This document shows, one piece after another, positions 61,335 through 64,000 of a DNA stretch of 64,000 nucleotides (the stretch's first letter is position 1; each line of letters starts with the position of its first letter). The notes beneath the pieces are model-generated. The model saw nothing but the letters and a program-made list of their open reading frames with translations, was not told the DNA's origin and ran no database searches. The position numbers were made by a program, and so were the translations under genes. Source of the stretch: Candidatus Kapaibacterium sp. (GTDB taxonomy: Bacteria > Bacteroidota > Ignavibacteria > Kapaibacteriales > UBA2268); the NCBI GenBank assembly GCA_963665665.1, contig OY762428.1:2528001-2592000 (forward strand), given 5' to 3'.

Positions 61335-61603
61335 CACCTACATAAAACCAATATACAAATAATAATTGAAAATATCAGTTTATCCTGCTGTTTTTTGCTA
61401 TTAATAATGATAATTTTAATTTGTTGGGTTTATCCGGCTATGAACGAGTTGTAGTTCCCTCATTCCGAAGTTATACTTCGTAATGCTGTTTTCATCTGAA
61501 GCTGAGCTTCAAAATTCCAAGTGAAACTTTGCGGAAACGCCCTTCCCAAGCAGGGCTTGGAAAGGAGGAAAAGAAGAAAAAAATTCTTAATTCCAAGACT
61601 TTT
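61333..61603 (+). repeat. Duplicated unit copy A (~100-bp AT-rich leader + full four-hairpin repeat at 61455-61570 + tail)
   Basis: Aligns with 63556-63798 from aacaccta..ccaatatacaaat through agactttt. Confidence 0.88.
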
Positions 61604-61659
61604 CTTATATTATATTTCAATAGGTTAAAATATTGGTTACAACCCCGGAGATATTTCTT

Positions 61660-62784
61660 ATGATTGAATATAACAATCCAAACAAAGTAAGTTTACTTGC
61701 CCGGCAATATTCTGATGCAGTGAAATATATTAAAGATCAGATTTTACTGAGTCGCAATCGAGCTGCTTCTGTTGTTAATAAAGAATTGCTGGGACTATAT
61801 TTTTTCATAGGAGAATATATATCTGTAAATTCCAGATCAAAAAACTGGGGTAAGGGGGCTGTTGAAACAATATCACAGCAATTGCAAGTGGAATTGCCTG
61901 GCCTTCGTGGCTTTTCTGCAACAAATATTAAAAACATGCGGATTTTCTATGAAGAATGGCAGGATATTATTGAAAATCGGCAAACAGCAACTGCCGGTTT
62001 GAATAACGTCAATTCAAAATTTCGGCAGTTAGCATCTGCCGAATTGACAAATGTGCAAATGGATGCTTTCACGGCTATTGGATTTTCTCATCATCGCGAG
62101 ATTATCCGAAAATGCAAGAACCGGGATGAAATGCTTTTTTATATTCGTCAATGTGCATCTGGTTTCTGGTCTGTAGAAAAGTTGAAATATTATTTAACTT
62201 CAGATCTTTTCAATAAAAAAGTGGCTTTGCAGAATAATTTTTCAGATACGATAAGCAATATTGAAAATCGGGCACAAGCTTTGAATTCATTCAAAGACGA
62301 GTACATTCTTGATTTTATTAATATTCAGGATCAGGATGAAGAAGCTGATGAAAGAATATTTGAGCATGAAATTGTGAATAATATCAGGAAATTTATTATG
62401 GCGCTTGGCTCAGATTTCAGCTTTATAGGGAATCAATACAGATTGATAATTGAAGAAGATGAATTTTTTATCGATCTCCTTTTTTTTAACCGGCGGCTTC
62501 AAAGCCTTGTTGCAATCGAATTGAAAAAAGGAAAGTTCAAGGCTGAATATGCCGGGAAAATGAATATGTATCTTTCTGCGCTTGATGAATATGTCCGCCT
62601 TCCAAATGAGAATCCTTCGATTGGTATAATACTTTGCAAAGAAAAGAATAATAAAGTTGTTGAATTTTCATTCCGGGACACAAGCAAACCAATGGGAGTA
62701 GCAATATACAAAACCGTCGATGAGTTACCTGAAAAATACCGTGATATTCTTCCTGATGCCGAAAAATTGAAGAATCTGATGTAA
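61660..62784 (+). CDS. YhcG/DUF1016-family PD-(D/E)XK nuclease
   Basis: VN.ELL.LY..IG, WG, GFS..N...MR.FY, KD.YILDF, IDLLFF, AIELK.G.F..EY.GKMN.YL, NPSIGIILC; GGAG RBS before ATG 61660. Confidence 0.92.
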   Translation: MIEYNNPNKVSLLARQYSDAVKYIKDQILLSRNRAASVVNKELLGLYFFIGEYISVNSRSKNWGKGAVETISQQLQVELPGLRGFSATNIKNMRIFYEEWQDIIENRQTATAGLNNVNSKFRQLASAELTNVQMDAFTAIGFSHHREIIRKCKNRDEMLFYIRQCASGFWSVEKLKYYLTSDLFNKKVALQNNFSDTISNIENRAQALNSFKDEYILDFINIQDQDEEADERIFEHEIVNNIRKFIMALGSDFSFIGNQYRLIIEEDEFFIDLLFFNRRLQSLVAIELKKGKFKAEYAGKMNMYLSALDEYVRLPNENPSIGIILCKEKNNKVVEFSFRDTSKPMGVAIYKTVDELPEKYRDILPDAEKLKNLM

Positions 62785-62803
62785 GAAGATTAGTGGAAAG
62801 TTT

Positions 62804-62921
62804 TTCCCTCATTAAGAAGTTGTTTTTCGTAATGCAGTTTTCATCTGAAGCTTTGCTTCAGGAAATCTAAAGTGAAACTTTGTTGTAAATGACCATCCAA
62901 AGCAGGGCTTGGGATGGAGGA
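62804..62921 (+). repeat. Four-hairpin REPIN-like repeat, full copy
   Basis: ttccctcatt..gaag..ttcgtaatgcagttttcatctgaagctttgcttc...aagtgaaactttg...ccatccaaagcagggcttgggatgg. Confidence 0.85.
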
Positions 62922-63033
62922 TAAATAATATATCCTTATGATACATGGAGTTATATTACCCAAATTTGTGTTATATTCTCATTATTAGAGTCAAGTACTT
63001 TTGCAAATTCCTTTTTATTTACCCATTCATCCA

Positions 63034-63519
63034 TTATCCACAACATTTTTTATATTTCTTCCCACTACCACATGGACATGGTTCATTTCTGCCTACTTTC
63101 TTATTATTTATAACCGTTGTTTTTTTCAAGTCAGGTAAAAAATGAACTAAAGGCACAGGATTACCTTCTATCCCGATTTCTAAATGTCTTCTTTCTTGTG
63201 GAATTGCATTAAAATTAACAATCCCACCAATCAAATATCTTAGGTTTGAGTCTCCTCTAATTCCTAGTCTTGTTGCTTGCTCGATTTTATCTGAGTCAAA
63301 AACTACTACAGGACAGGATTTACAAAAATGGCTACCTGTCATATTACTCATAAACTCGCATTCATCCGTATCAGATTTTGCAGCAATTAATACAGTGCAA
63401 TTATCCTCAATCAACGGTAATCCACATTCCGGACAAGAACTCAATCCACAATCGTCGCTGAAATATCTTCTTCTCGGTATTGATAAATCAAATTTGTTTT
63501 TGAAACCTTCATTCGTCAT
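63034..63519 (-). CDS. SEC-C motif protein with additional CxxC pairs
   Basis: C-terminal [20 protein letters not shown]; CPEC and CKSC pairs. Confidence 0.85.
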   Translation of the reverse strand: MTNEGFKNKFDLSIPRRRYFSDDCGLSSCPECGLPLIEDNCTVLIAAKSDTDECEFMSNMTGSHFCKSCPVVVFDSDKIEQATRLGIRGDSNLRYLIGGIVNFNAIPQERRHLEIGIEGNPVPLVHFLPDLKKTTVINNKKVGRNEPCPCGSGKKYKKCCG

Positions 63520-63555
63520 GTTTTTTTATTGCACCGTGCTTTCAGCCTTGTTGGT

Positions 63556-63798
63556 AACACCTATATAAATCCAATATACAAATTATTTTAAAATTATCTG
63601 CTTATCCTGCTGTTTTTGCTGCTAATAATGATAATTTTTATTTGTGGGTTTCCCTCATTACGAAGTTGTACTTCGTAATGCAGTTTTCATCTGAAGCTTT
63701 GCTTCTAAATTTCAAAGTAAAACTTTGCGGAAACGCCCATCCCCGGCAGGGCTTGGAAAGAAGGAAAAGAAGACAAAATTCTAAATCCCGAGACTTTT
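63556..63798 (+). repeat. Duplicated unit copy B (includes a full four-hairpin repeat at 63650-63766)
   Basis: Aligns with 61333-61603. Confidence 0.88.
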
Positions 63799-63800
63799 TT

Positions 63801-64000
63801 TCAGTTATTTCTTTTTAATTGCGCTATCAATGCCAGCGGTTCCTGTATAAAAGTAATTGTATTATCATCCAATTCGTTCAAATACCAGTCAGCAGCGCTT
63901 CCGCCAATATATACAGGTATGCCTGATAAATGTGCCCTGATCTTTTTCAGGTCGTCAATCAGTTTTAAATCTCCGGACGGATAAATGGCGCTAAGAACAA
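63801..64000 (-). CDS. 3' end of a probable cobalamin-binding-domain protein (CarH/LitR-like), truncated by the window edge
   Basis: Manual translation ...VLSAIYPSGDLKLIDDLKKIRAHLSGIPVYIGGSAADWYL...KRNN*; resembles the B12-binding Rossmann fold (LS...xxGG). Confidence 0.55.
   Translation of the reverse strand, partial: VLSAIYPSGDLKLIDDLKKIRAHLSGIPVYIGGSAADWYLNELDDNTITFIQEPLALIAQLKRNN

Noticed and set aside
57675-63766. CRISPR array
   Set aside because: Repeats are ~120 bp, degenerate and separated by whole genes; no cas genes.

Overview
64-kb chromosomal window from an FCB-group bacterium. The many T9SS C-terminal-domain (CTD) cargo genes plus frequent Shine-Dalgarno sites suggest Kapabacteria/Ignavibacteria, but that is inference. 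Housekeeping genes (nrdJ, menA, rfaE1/rfaE2, rpmG, rlpA, menG/ubiE, an acyl-CoA carboxylase trio) are interleaved with 12 T9SS-cargo genes and many selfish or defence modules: a BglII/BstYI-family RM pair, four type II TA pairs (one hicA has a nonsense codon), two tandem Rpn/PDDEXK_2 nucleases, a frameshifted IetAS-like AAA ATPase/S8 protease pair, a YhcG nuclease and a DUF2335 gene pair. Three observations stand out. (1) A C11 tract inside a signal-peptide coding region puts a Cys-rich secreted protein out of frame, directly upstream of three mosaic tandem beta-propeller cargo genes: a candidate phase/antigenic-variation locus. (2) Addiction modules sit between direct repeats made of T9SS-cargo sequence, once as RM and once as TA. 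(3) A co-oriented ~120-bp four-hairpin REPIN-like repeat with compensatory base changes marks the boundaries of accessory genes, giving an integron-like array with no integrase in the window. No rRNA, tRNA, CRISPR array or integrase was recognised. All calls are from reading the sequence; no searches were run.
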